From positions 256,768 to 320,767 of the IMG/VR virus record IMGVR_UViG_3300046092_000062: a DNA stretch of 64,000 nucleotides. One strand, written 5' to 3'. The stretch's first letter is position 1, and each line of letters begins with the position of its first letter. The notes beneath the pieces are model-generated. The model searched no databases. It saw only the letters and a program-made list of their open reading frames with translations, and was not told the DNA's origin. Positions 18,696 through 27,839 of the stretch are shown here, one piece after another. The position numbers and the translations under genes were made by a program.

Positions 18696-19193
18696 ATGAC
18701 ACCCGTTCAATACAAATACACCAGTACCAAAGAGTACCACAACGCCTTTCCTGTTGCTTACAGACAATGGCGAGCAGACAGCCACTGCAATCTAATTCAC
18801 GGCTATGCGTTTAGCATGAAGTTCTATTTTGGAACCAATGACCTAGACGTTCGTAACTGGGCTGCTGACTACGGCGGCCTCAAGGAACTGAAGAAAACAC
18901 TAGAAGATCAATTTGACCATACATTGATTGTGGCACAGGATGATCCAGAAATGGAAACATTCAAATTGCTACAAGAAAAGAACATGGCCAAGATTGTAGT
19001 GTTGCCAGCACTAGGTTGCGAAGCACTAAGCGATATGCTTTACAAGTATGTCAATGGCGTTTACATTCCTGAGATGTGGGGACCAGGTGAAGCGGCACGT
19101 TTATGGTGCTATCGCGTTGAAGTACGTGAAACACAGAGCAACATGGCGTACCGCGAAGGTCACCGTGAATGGAATGAGGACTTGTTTGCATGA
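18696..19193 (+). CDS. queD: 6-carboxy-5,6,7,8-tetrahydropterin synthase
   Basis: HCNLIHGY, DYGGLK, FDHT, GCEAL, VEVRET. Confidence 0.88.
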   Translation: MTPVQYKYTSTKEYHNAFPVAYRQWRADSHCNLIHGYAFSMKFYFGTNDLDVRNWAADYGGLKELKKTLEDQFDHTLIVAQDDPEMETFKLLQEKNMAKIVVLPALGCEALSDMLYKYVNGVYIPEMWGPGEAARLWCYRVEVRETQSNMAYREGHREWNEDLFA

Positions 19194-19486
19194 GCAAGCA
19201 GGAACAAGAAATCATGGATATTCTGCAAGAAGAATGTGCAGAAGTAATCCAAGCAGTTAGCAAAGCCCGTCGATTTGGCCTAGATAACTCTCACAAGTCT
19301 GGTAAGACACAGCGTCAGAATCTAGAAACAGAAATAGGCGATGTGCTTTGCATGATTGAACTGCTAAATGAGCGTGGAGTAATTGACGCCTCTAGCGTAC
19401 AAGCTGCTATCCTTGCCAAGCGAGAAAAGCTACACCACTGGTCAAATATTTTTAAGGATGACTCATGCACCCCAACATCGAAGTAA
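19190..19486 (+). CDS. MazG-like NTP pyrophosphohydrolase
   Basis: LQEECAEVIQAVSK...LETEIGDVL (ExxE..ExxD). Confidence 0.8.
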   Translation: MSKQEQEIMDILQEECAEVIQAVSKARRFGLDNSHKSGKTQRQNLETEIGDVLCMIELLNERGVIDASSVQAAILAKREKLHHWSNIFKDDSCTPTSK

Positions 19487-19683
19487 AAGAATTTACAGTC
19501 AAGGACGAACCTGCGTTCCGTATGCGAGTGCGTATGTGGAAATGCACAAGTCCAGCCGACCTAAATAGCTTAGAGATCGTGCAAGAATGTATGCGCGATG
19601 GCGAAGTCGACTTTGCTAGCACATACAATTTCCTAATGACAGACGAAGAACTAAAAACACTAGCACAAGGATTGATGAAATAA
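19465..19683 (+). CDS. hypothetical protein
   Basis: SD AAGGA; in operon. Confidence 0.6.
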   Translation: MHPNIEVKEFTVKDEPAFRMRVRMWKCTSPADLNSLEIVQECMRDGEVDFASTYNFLMTDEELKTLAQGLMK

Positions 19684-19684
19684 T

Positions 19685-20557
19685 ATGTTTGGAACAAATG
19701 AAATTATTGGTAAGAAGTATTTTAAGGATGCTCCGGCAGACAGCTTGTTTGTAACTAGCATGTTCTTTACACTACAAGGCGAAGGTCCTTATGCAGGTAT
19801 GCCCGCATTGTTTATTCGATTGGCTAAGTGTAATCTAGTGTGCAGCTTCTGTGATACATTCTTTGACGACGGTGATTGGATGACGTACGATCAAATCGAA
19901 GGCAAAATGTATGCAGCTATCAACGACTATTGGAACAACCAAGGCAAAGCAACGCCAACATGGGCAAACAATGGGTTAAATAACTATCCCGGTATTGTGT
20001 TGGTAATGACTGGCGGCGAACCTCTCCTGCAGGAGAACATTAGTGCATTTATGACACGTCAACTTGCACATTTCAAGGCAGTTCAGGTCGAAAGTAACGG
20101 CATTCCTGTTACTGATGTTCCTGCCGGTGTAACGCTAGTGTGTAGCCCTAAATGTGCTGAGAAAGATGGCAAGGCCATCAAGTACTTTGCGCCGTCGGCA
20201 ACTATCCTGCAACGTGCAGACTGTTTGAAGTTTGTTATGAGTGCGGATGCAGATAGTCCGTATAACAGCGTACCGCAGTGGGCACATGACTGGAAGGCAG
20301 CAACAGGCAAAGAGATCTATTGCAGCCCGATGAACGTGTACAACAGTTTCCCACAGAAGATCAAATTGCTTCGTGCAGAAAAAGGCAACATCACAATGGC
20401 TGAACGCAGCACAGTTGATGAAGTTATCAGCTTCTGGGAACCGGGCTTGTTGGACTTGAAAGCTAACCAAGCTAACCATGAGTACGCTGCACACTATTGC
20501 ATCGAACATGGTTTCAAACTCAACCTGCAAATGCACTTATATGCGAGCCTAGCATAA
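19685..20557 (+). CDS. queE: 7-carboxy-7-deazaguanine synthase (radical SAM)
   Basis: TLQGEG, FIRLAKCNLVCSFCDT, TGGEPLLQ, VESNG, CSPK, LNLQMH. Confidence 0.93.
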   Translation: MFGTNEIIGKKYFKDAPADSLFVTSMFFTLQGEGPYAGMPALFIRLAKCNLVCSFCDTFFDDGDWMTYDQIEGKMYAAINDYWNNQGKATPTWANNGLNNYPGIVLVMTGGEPLLQENISAFMTRQLAHFKAVQVESNGIPVTDVPAGVTLVCSPKCAEKDGKAIKYFAPSATILQRADCLKFVMSADADSPYNSVPQWAHDWKAATGKEIYCSPMNVYNSFPQKIKLLRAEKGNITMAERSTVDEVISFWEPGLLDLKANQANHEYAAHYCIEHGFKLNLQMHLYASLA

Positions 20558-20748
20558 TGACACCATGTGCATGTTTAGGACCACAATGCGGCGAAGCACA
20601 TTGCCCCTGTGTTATGGCTAGTCAAGGACTAGAGCGTAGCGCAGAGTGGCAAGCTCAGAATAGCCCCGAAGCTATTGCTCGAGTTAATGCAGAGCTTAGA
20701 GCAGTATTTGATCAAATATTTGAAAGACAAAATGCAAGAAACACATAA
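20557..20748 (+). CDS. small Cys-rich protein
   Basis: TAATG junction; CACLGPQCGEAHCPC. Confidence 0.55.
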   Translation: MTPCACLGPQCGEAHCPCVMASQGLERSAEWQAQNSPEAIARVNAELRAVFDQIFERQNARNT

Positions 20749-20935
20749 ACGAACAGTGGTTCGGATGATTACGTATAGACTCACAGCATGGTTATTTACT
20801 ATAATGTGGACATACCTCTTCACCGGCGACTTAGGTAGTGCAACTGGCTTTGCCACAGTATTACATATCTTGTTAAGTGTAGATTATTACATCCACGAAC
20901 GAATTTGGCTTAAAGTCAAATGGGGATTAAAGTAA
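20732..20935 (+). CDS. DUF2061-like small membrane protein
   Basis: ETHKRTVVRMITYR...YYIHERIW pattern. Confidence 0.7.
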   Translation: MQETHKRTVVRMITYRLTAWLFTIMWTYLFTGDLGSATGFATVLHILLSVDYYIHERIWLKVKWGLK

Positions 20936-21165
20936 TGTCAGGATTTGATCCAGGTGTGCAAATGTACGATCCGTTCAATGACAGAGCACAGTTTGAATAC
21001 GTGTTCTCTTTTTGGCCACGTAAGTGTTACAATACAGGACGCTGGATGTTTATGGAAGTGGCCATGCGAGGACGTAGGATTATTACAGGACCGGGAACGC
21101 CTGTGATTGAAGATCGCTGGTATCACAGACACGAAGCGATCATAATGATGATAAAGGGAATTTAA
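20935..21165 (+). CDS. hypothetical protein
   Basis: TAATG junction. Confidence 0.55.
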   Translation: MSGFDPGVQMYDPFNDRAQFEYVFSFWPRKCYNTGRWMFMEVAMRGRRIITGPGTPVIEDRWYHRHEAIIMMIKGI

Positions 21166-21166
21166 T

Positions 21167-21703
21167 ATGGCAACAAAGAAACCAGTGGCTGCTAAAAAGG
21201 CAGTACCAGCAAAGAAAACAGTGGCTAAGAAGACTGTGGCTAAAAAGACGGTAGCCGAACCTACACCAAAGACAGCAAAGCGTAAACTAAGCGATGCAAC
21301 AATCAATAAAATGACTAAGGCTATGTCTCCTAAGAAGACTCCTGCTAAGAAGCCAGCTGCTCCAGCAAAAGCTAAACTAACAGTTAAAGGCAAGAGTCCC
21401 AAGGAAGTGGCAACCGCAAAGGGCGAGCCGTATGTGACTATCACTAGTGTAGAGCTAGATACTGATAATATCGGTAACGGAGCATTTGAACTAGATTGGA
21501 ACGATATCTTTGTTGCCAAATTAGTACGTGCGGGCTACCAAGGCAAGACTGATGCAGACGTTGTTGACAACTGGTTCAAGACTATTTGCCGTAATATTCT
21601 CACAGAAGAATACGAGCAATGGGAAGCTAACCAACCAGAAGAAATGCGACCACGGGTTATTGACCGTCGTGACTTAGGTGGCGGAAAAACAGAGGTAAGC
21701 TAA
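21167..21703 (+). CDS. protein with histone H1-like K/A-rich N-terminus
   Basis: AKKTV repeats, then an acidic globular C-terminal domain. Confidence 0.75.
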   Translation: MATKKPVAAKKAVPAKKTVAKKTVAKKTVAEPTPKTAKRKLSDATINKMTKAMSPKKTPAKKPAAPAKAKLTVKGKSPKEVATAKGEPYVTITSVELDTDNIGNGAFELDWNDIFVAKLVRAGYQGKTDADVVDNWFKTICRNILTEEYEQWEANQPEEMRPRVIDRRDLGGGKTEVS

Positions 21704-21954
21704 TGGTTTCGCTGCCAATACCCCCAACTATGAAATTCTATCAGCTAGTTAGAATGTCTACCAAGAATGGGCTGAATTTATCAGCTACAGGATCTGTGCC
21801 AGCTGGCAGTACAAACTATGTTGGGGTTGGATTCTATACCACTCAGCAAGAAGCCGAACATAATAGAACAATCGAAACTCTTAAGAGCACAGAAGAAGGC
21901 ACTAGCTACTATGTGTTTGAATTAGAGTTTCCTAATCCAGCGCATAAAGAATAA
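21703..21954 (+). CDS. hypothetical protein
   Basis: SD GAGG; TAATG junctions. Confidence 0.6.
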   Translation: MVSLPIPPTMKFYQLVRMSTKNGLNLSATGSVPAGSTNYVGVGFYTTQQEAEHNRTIETLKSTEEGTSYYVFELEFPNPAHKE

Positions 21955-22259
21955 TGCTATCAGTCTACGTTAACGGTGTGGTGCAGTCTGTCCGAGAATA
22001 TACTGCCACTAGTGATCACATTATATTCCCAACAGCTCCGAGTGCTGGGTCCACAGTCACCATCCAATCTAGGTTTCATATTATCGAAACTAAATGCAAC
22101 GGTATCCAGGCAACATTTGACATTGGTGGAGATAGCCGAGCCGATGAATATAACCGATTCAGAGGGTTAACTGACCAGATATGGAAGCATAAAGATAACC
22201 CAGCAGTCGCCGAAGCAATGAACAGGCTAAATGTTCTAATAGCATTAATAGACGAATGA
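21954..22259 (+). CDS. hypothetical protein with small beta-sandwich (VYVNGVVQ) domain
   Basis: motif often seen in phage tail/baseplate repeats. Confidence 0.6.
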   Translation: MLSVYVNGVVQSVREYTATSDHIIFPTAPSAGSTVTIQSRFHIIETKCNGIQATFDIGGDSRADEYNRFRGLTDQIWKHKDNPAVAEAMNRLNVLIALIDE

Positions 22260-22969
22260 TACTGTACGTGAATGGTGACAGCCACAGTGTTGCGGCAGAA
22301 GCGGTGAACCCGGCTGCATTTGCCAACGACGGCCATGCGTATTGGGACACACCAAATCGTCATGGACATAAGGATAACATTGCAGTTAGCTACGGCAAAA
22401 AGATCGCCGAGCAACTTGATTGCAGTTGGATCAACCAAGGCGAGAGTGGCGGCAGCAACGACCGTATCATTCGCACAACAGATATCTTCCTCGAAACCAG
22501 CAACATCAAGGATCTAGTATTACTAATTGGCTGGACTACATGGGAGCGCGAAGAGTGGCTGCACAACAGTGTATACTATCAAATTAGCGCGAGCGGAACT
22601 GATCATGTGCCACTCGAGTTACGCGACAAATACAAACAATGGGTGATATCTAGAGAGCAGCAATACGCACACAATGAACTAACGTGGCACAAGCGTATAT
22701 GGGATTATCACCAAAAGCTCAACAGCTTAGGCATTAAGCACTTATTCTTCAACACCTACAGTTACTTTGGGCACGTAAAACTAAACAGTTTACCTAGGTA
22801 CGACTGGGGCAACAGTTACATCAACCCGTACGAAGAAAACAGTACATACTTTTATTGGTTAAAGGACAACGGGTATAAGACGGTTAGCGAGCACTCGTAC
22901 CATTATGGCAAGGATGCACATGCCGCCTGGGCTGACTACCTAATACCACATATTCAAGGATTGCAATGA
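22256..22969 (+). CDS. SGNH/GDSL-like hydrolase
   Basis: YVNGDSH, GGSNDRI, C-terminal HY...AH. Confidence 0.7.
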   Translation: MILYVNGDSHSVAAEAVNPAAFANDGHAYWDTPNRHGHKDNIAVSYGKKIAEQLDCSWINQGESGGSNDRIIRTTDIFLETSNIKDLVLLIGWTTWEREEWLHNSVYYQISASGTDHVPLELRDKYKQWVISREQQYAHNELTWHKRIWDYHQKLNSLGIKHLFFNTYSYFGHVKLNSLPRYDWGNSYINPYEENSTYFYWLKDNGYKTVSEHSYHYGKDAHAAWADYLIPHIQGLQ

Positions 22970-24060
22970 GAGAACAATTTGCATTATTACCAACTAGAAA
23001 CTTAGAAATTGCTCGCAGCGGAATGCCAGTTACACCAACTGGCGCATGGGGCAGAACCACATGCGAATACGACGAAGAGTTTATGTCAAGGCTTGCAGCC
23101 TTTGCTAAATCTCAATCTACATTGCATGACTATGGAGCGATGTGGAACGGGCACTCTGCTAATCATGCAGTGCTAATGAATTACTTGCTTAACGATCAGT
23201 TACGCGATGCACATAACTACCTTAATCACTTTCATGATACACCATTGATGCACGGCATTACTCAAGGTGATTGGTCAGCAAACAATATCCGCAGTGACCA
23301 AGTTATTGCGCAACAGATTTGCAATCGCATCTGGGACGTACTGCTCGGAGTATGTGAATACCTAGCCATTGTTCCTGTGCAAAATCCCGAACAAGGTCCA
23401 GTTGCATTATCTGTGCCAATTGACACCCTTGCATATCTACTGTCCAACACTGTACCCGGTTACCGGCCCCTAAAGTGGCAAGGGGGTCTGTATGGATTGA
23501 ATACTAACATTGGCATTATGGGCGAGCGAGATCTCACTTCTCTTTACCTGGCACATAAGATACACGCACGGTTCCCACCTGCTGATGCAGCTATTATGGA
23601 AATTGGCGGAGGTGGTGGATATATTCCCTACTGGTTGCACTTAATGGGGCATCGCAATATTACTATGGTAGATTTACCCACTATTATCATTTGCCAAGCA
23701 TACCAGTTAGCTGCAAACTTAGGTAAAGAGCATTTGCTATTGCCAAATGAATCGGGTACAGCAGACATTCGTTGGCTAACACCAGATCAAATTGCAACGG
23801 ATACTGCCCATTTTGATTGTGTAGTTAACACTGATAGTATGCCCGAAATGGCAATCGAGCATGTGCGTAACTATCTAGACCTTATCAATTCTAGGTCCAA
23901 AACTTTCTTTAGTATCAATCAAGAAACCGAAACTGGCGGTCAACACTCAGTCCATAAGCTAGCAAAAGAATACCAAATGAGTTTAACTGAGCGCAGCTTA
24001 TTTTGGTTACGCAGGGGTTATACCGAAGAATGGTATTTTATGCTCAATAATTGGGCGTGA
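22966..24060 (+). CDS. putative sugar O-methyltransferase
   Basis: IMEIGGGGG motif I, VDLP, VNTDSMPEM. Confidence 0.65.
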   Translation: MREQFALLPTRNLEIARSGMPVTPTGAWGRTTCEYDEEFMSRLAAFAKSQSTLHDYGAMWNGHSANHAVLMNYLLNDQLRDAHNYLNHFHDTPLMHGITQGDWSANNIRSDQVIAQQICNRIWDVLLGVCEYLAIVPVQNPEQGPVALSVPIDTLAYLLSNTVPGYRPLKWQGGLYGLNTNIGIMGERDLTSLYLAHKIHARFPPADAAIMEIGGGGGYIPYWLHLMGHRNITMVDLPTIIICQAYQLAANLGKEHLLLPNESGTADIRWLTPDQIATDTAHFDCVVNTDSMPEMAIEHVRNYLDLINSRSKTFFSINQETETGGQHSVHKLAKEYQMSLTERSLFWLRRGYTEEWYFMLNNWA

Positions 24061-24066
24061 CACACA

Positions 24067-24095
24067 TTGACGTCATTGGCACAATGTGCTATTAT
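24067..24095 (+). promoter_or_regulatory. sigma70-type promoter, probably giving a leaderless transcript
   Basis: TTGACG-17 bp-(TG-C)TATTAT; ATG 5 nt downstream, no SD. Confidence 0.55.
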
Positions 24096-24100
24096 TACAC

Positions 24101-25090
24101 ATGAAATATTTAATCGTAGACACTGCAAACACCTTCTTCCGCGCACGACATGCGGCACATCGACAAGCTGATACATGGGACCGATTGGGTTTTGCAATCC
24201 ACGTTACACTTGCTAGCATTGGCAAAGCGTTCCGTGAACAAAAAGCAGATCACGTTATTATCTGCTTAGAAGGCAAGAGCTGGCGCAAAGGCTTCTATAC
24301 TCCGTACAAGGCCAATCGTACTGTGGCCCGTGCTGCACTTACTGAAGCCGAGCAAGAAGAAGAAAAACTGTTCTGGGAAAGTTTTGACGAACTTAAAACT
24401 TTCTTCATTGAGAAAAGCAACTGCACAATCCTGCAACACCCTAACTTGGAAGCTGACGATTTGATTGCAGGCTTTATACAAGCCCATCCAGAAGATCAAC
24501 ACACAATCGTCAGCAGTGACAGCGACTTCTACCAGTTACTGTCAGAAAATGTTCAACAATATAACGGGATCAGTGATGAGCTCCACACAATCAAAGGTAT
24601 CTTCGATGCGAAAGGTGCCCCAGTCAAAGATAAGAAAACTAAAGAACCCAAAAAGGTACCGGACCCGAAGTGGATTCTCTTCGAGAAGTGTATGCGCGGC
24701 GACACTAGCGACAACGTCTTCTCGGCCTACCCGGGAGTACGGACCAAGGGTACAAAGAATAAAGTCGGACTCGAGGAAGCGTTTGGGGATCGTGAATCGA
24801 AAGGCTTCGCGTGGAACAATCTAATGTTGCAACGTTGGGTTGACCATAATGGTGCTGAGCACAAGGTTTTGGATGACTACAACCGAAACGTCACGCTCAT
24901 TGACTTGACTGCCCAACCCGACGATGTTAAACTGCAAATTGCAGAAACTATTGCAACTAACAGCGTTCCAAAAGATGTAGCGCAAATTGGTACAAAGTTT
25001 CTTAAATTTTGTGGCAAGTACGAATTGAAACGTATCAGTGACAACTTGCAAAACTACGTAGACTTTCTTTCAAAGGCATATCCAGAATGA
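24101..25090 (+). CDS. rnh: T4-type RNase H / 5'-3' exonuclease (FEN family)
   Basis: LIVDTAN, YKANR, LEADDLIA, VSSDSDFYQL, GDTSDNV. Confidence 0.9.
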   Translation: MKYLIVDTANTFFRARHAAHRQADTWDRLGFAIHVTLASIGKAFREQKADHVIICLEGKSWRKGFYTPYKANRTVARAALTEAEQEEEKLFWESFDELKTFFIEKSNCTILQHPNLEADDLIAGFIQAHPEDQHTIVSSDSDFYQLLSENVQQYNGISDELHTIKGIFDAKGAPVKDKKTKEPKKVPDPKWILFEKCMRGDTSDNVFSAYPGVRTKGTKNKVGLEEAFGDRESKGFAWNNLMLQRWVDHNGAEHKVLDDYNRNVTLIDLTAQPDDVKLQIAETIATNSVPKDVAQIGTKFLKFCGKYELKRISDNLQNYVDFLSKAYPE

Positions 25091-25629
25091 TTACATTAAA
25101 ACAATTCCTTGAAGCAGGACAGTACCGTATTACCGAAGGTAGCGATTTCCAATGGCAATGCTTTGGTCCAAATGCCTACAACCTAGATGTGCAAGTGGGC
25201 GCATGGGACAGCAACAGTGCTTCGATTATTTTTGATCGAGTAACGCAAGAAGTCTACCAAGCTACTTGTTACGATTACAAAAACAACCGTGCTTATCGAC
25301 TATTTGGCAGCGATGACTTTCGTCGTTTGCACACAGCAGAAGCATTAGTACGCAAAGTAGAATATAACCAAGCATGGGACGATGTCCGCTATACAGAGCT
25401 CGAAGTTGAAGAAGACTTCATGGAAAAAATGACTGCTATTATGTCAGGGCAAGAATACGACACAATGGTTAGTATTCCGTTGGACCTTGACCGAGACACA
25501 TTGCACGACTTGATGTTGCGAGCACACGCAAAGAACATTACCTTAAACGAAATGGTTGCAGAAATATTGCAACTGGCAATTGATCATGCAGAAGAAATTG
25601 TAGAGGGTGCAGATGGATTTCAAGGCTAA
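25087..25629 (+). CDS. hypothetical protein with C-terminal ribbon-helix-helix-like segment
   Basis: ATGA overlap; LHDLMLRAHAKNITLNEMVAEIL. Confidence 0.7.
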   Translation: MITLKQFLEAGQYRITEGSDFQWQCFGPNAYNLDVQVGAWDSNSASIIFDRVTQEVYQATCYDYKNNRAYRLFGSDDFRRLHTAEALVRKVEYNQAWDDVRYTELEVEEDFMEKMTAIMSGQEYDTMVSIPLDLDRDTLHDLMLRAHAKNITLNEMVAEILQLAIDHAEEIVEGADGFQG

Positions 25630-25843
25630 AGTAACTGAGCTAGCACTGCAAGCAGGTGGCAGTCATTACCCGAGCGTAAATCGCTCGCAAATGGAGTCGT
25701 ATACCAAGCTAGTAATTGCTGAATGTATTTCTGCCCTAACTGAAGGCGAGCGCAGTCACATTTGCACAAACTTTGATCAAAGCCAATATGAAGCTACTCT
25801 TACAGGCGCCGAGTCTGCTATTAATCGGAGATTTGGGCTATGA
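25613..25843 (+). CDS. hypothetical protein
   Basis: SD GAGG; in operon. Confidence 0.6.
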   Translation: MDFKAKVTELALQAGGSHYPSVNRSQMESYTKLVIAECISALTEGERSHICTNFDQSQYEATLTGAESAINRRFGL

Positions 25844-26070
25844 CGTTTGTTGAGCACAAATCTACTATCCGTGCCATTAGGCAGGGCGAAAAAGACTTTA
25901 TGCTAGTAGATGGGTTTGCTACATACCCCAGGGCAATGGCGCATATCCTGCCCCAATGTCCAAACGACGTTCGAGACATGGTTAATTTTGCACTAGCAAA
26001 AGGCTACCTGCAATTGGTATCACACGTACACGACAACGAATTAATGTGGGAGAAACTAAATCATGATTGA
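25840..26070 (+). CDS. hypothetical protein
   Basis: ATGA overlap. Confidence 0.6.
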   Translation: MTFVEHKSTIRAIRQGEKDFMLVDGFATYPRAMAHILPQCPNDVRDMVNFALAKGYLQLVSHVHDNELMWEKLNHD

Positions 26071-26431
26071 AGCTGCACTATTACTACTGGTCTTGTTCCA
26101 ACTTAAACACTGGTACATCGACTTTGTTGACCAAGACATGGACGAAGTTAACAGCAAAGGTCATTACGGACAATGGCTAGGCATTCGTCACAGTCTTAAA
26201 CACGGGATCGGTACTTACATCGCAGTGGCCTTAGTAGTTGGTGCAGAGTACTGGATCTTCGCTCTAGTTATTGCATTGTTCGACTTTGTGATCCACTATC
26301 ACACAGACTGGGCTAAAATGAACTGGGGCAATAGAGATATTCAAACTCCTGCGTTCTGGGCGCACCTGGGACTTGATCAAATGGTACATCAAGTTACCTA
26401 CATACTGTTAGCTTATATGGTGTGTGCATGA
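26063..26431 (+). CDS. DUF3307-like membrane protein
   Basis: KHWYIDF, HSLKHG, IHYHTDWAK, GLDQMVH His/Asp motifs within hydrophobic helices. Confidence 0.7.
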   Translation: MIEAALLLLVLFQLKHWYIDFVDQDMDEVNSKGHYGQWLGIRHSLKHGIGTYIAVALVVGAEYWIFALVIALFDFVIHYHTDWAKMNWGNRDIQTPAFWAHLGLDQMVHQVTYILLAYMVCA

Positions 26432-26787
26432 TTAAGAGTGTATCTGGCGGTAATGGCATTGTAGTAGATAGTGGATACACTACTCTGCCGTTTATCGGCC
26501 AAAATTCAAACAACCCAATGCAAGGTATGCTACGTATTGCAGGCAACGACCTCCAGGTATTCGATGGATCGACTTGGATACATGTAGGCGGAGGTTACCC
26601 GAGTATTTCATTAAATGGTGTAGCACAGTCTGCCATTAATTGGGCTCAAATGAAGATGGCCGAAGAAGAAAATCTCAAGCAGCTGGCCGCAAAGCATCCT
26701 GCGGTTGCAGATGCAGTAAACACAATCAACGAAGCATACGAAAAACTTAAAGTTATCGTTGCTCTAACAGAGGAAGAAAACAAATGA
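26428..26787 (+). CDS. hypothetical protein
   Basis: ATGA overlap. Confidence 0.65.
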   Translation: MIKSVSGGNGIVVDSGYTTLPFIGQNSNNPMQGMLRIAGNDLQVFDGSTWIHVGGGYPSISLNGVAQSAINWAQMKMAEEENLKQLAAKHPAVADAVNTINEAYEKLKVIVALTEEENK

Positions 26788-27071
26788 AAAGATGGCTAAG
26801 AAATCGACTACACCAATTCCTGTATCCATCAGATGAGATGTCACAGCCCGTTGGCACCGCAACAGCAAAGTATCATTCAGGCAACCGAATTGAAGCTTCA
26901 ACTGAAATTCAATTTACAGTGTCAGCAGCACGTGGTGGTCTAATTGTATGTGTTCGCACTTACGACAAGCAACGTGACCGACATGATTTCGTCAATCACA
27001 TTATCCACGACGACGAAGATGTCGCTAAAAATGTTGCAGACATTGTGTCCGTAGAATTGATGAAGGCATAA
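26784..27071 (+). CDS. hypothetical protein (paralog of next gene)
   Basis: FTVSAARGGLIV...HIIHDDEDVAKNVADIV. Confidence 0.65.
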   Translation: MKRWLRNRLHQFLYPSDEMSQPVGTATAKYHSGNRIEASTEIQFTVSAARGGLIVCVRTYDKQRDRHDFVNHIIHDDEDVAKNVADIVSVELMKA

Positions 27072-27072
27072 T

Positions 27073-27366
27073 ATGTCAGTAACGCAAGCAAAACTGGCCA
27101 CTGCAAATCATGTTACCCTCGGTGGCCCTTACGCCATTTCAGGTGGTATGAGTGGACTAGGTATCGGTGGATCAGATCAAGTGCAACACGAATTCAATCA
27201 CGGTATTGACATTCGAGTTACTCCTGCAAATGGTGGTTATATCGTTAGCATCAGTCCACGAACTGGATACGGGCAAGTACCAGACCTACATATTGTATCT
27301 CAGGACCAAGACTTGGGTGCAGAAATCGGCAAGATTATTACCCTAACTTGCCTTAAGAAAGAATAA
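27073..27366 (+). CDS. hypothetical protein (paralog of previous gene)
   Basis: IRVTPANGGYIV...HIVSQDQDLGAEIGKII. Confidence 0.65.
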   Translation: MSVTQAKLATANHVTLGGPYAISGGMSGLGIGGSDQVQHEFNHGIDIRVTPANGGYIVSISPRTGYGQVPDLHIVSQDQDLGAEIGKIITLTCLKKE

Positions 27367-27368
27367 GA

Positions 27369-27839
27369 ATGATGACAATCGTAGCAAAGCCAGTGATTAA
27401 AAACAAGTACTGGATCGTGGAAAGCGACGGCACTAAGATTGCCACTATTCAAGCAATTGAAGAGGGCGGTGGGTACGCATACGTGCATGATGATACTCGC
27501 GAGCAATTTGCAAGTATCAAGCTAATTAGCAAAAAGTACAATATTGTATTTGATACCACTAAGCCAACCAAAACAAAGATTACACACGAAGCGTATGGAT
27601 TCCCTTGCTCCAGCAAACCATACAATCAAGTTTGGGATGTTCAACGCAAGCTGCCTATCTATAGCAAAGAGCCTAAGAGCAAGAGTTTGTATTGCGCAGG
27701 GCACTATGCAATCAAATTCAACAACACTTGGATCACAGAGTTTTGCCCCAAGAACATTACAGTTAGTCGCTACGAGCACCACGGGCCATTTGTAACTAAA
27801 ACAGAAGCCACTAATAAAATTAAAGAATTAAAAGCATAA
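27369..27839 (+). CDS. hypothetical protein
   Basis: SD AAGGA; 156 aa. Confidence 0.7.
   Translation: MMTIVAKPVIKNKYWIVESDGTKIATIQAIEEGGGYAYVHDDTREQFASIKLISKKYNIVFDTTKPTKTKITHEAYGFPCSSKPYNQVWDVQRKLPIYSKEPKSKSLYCAGHYAIKFNNTWITEFCPKNITVSRYEHHGPFVTKTEATNKIKELKA

Noticed and set aside
20938-21519. 193-aa hydrophobic antisense ORF
   Set aside because: Mirror of the Lys/Ala-rich sense gene; no SD or independent motifs
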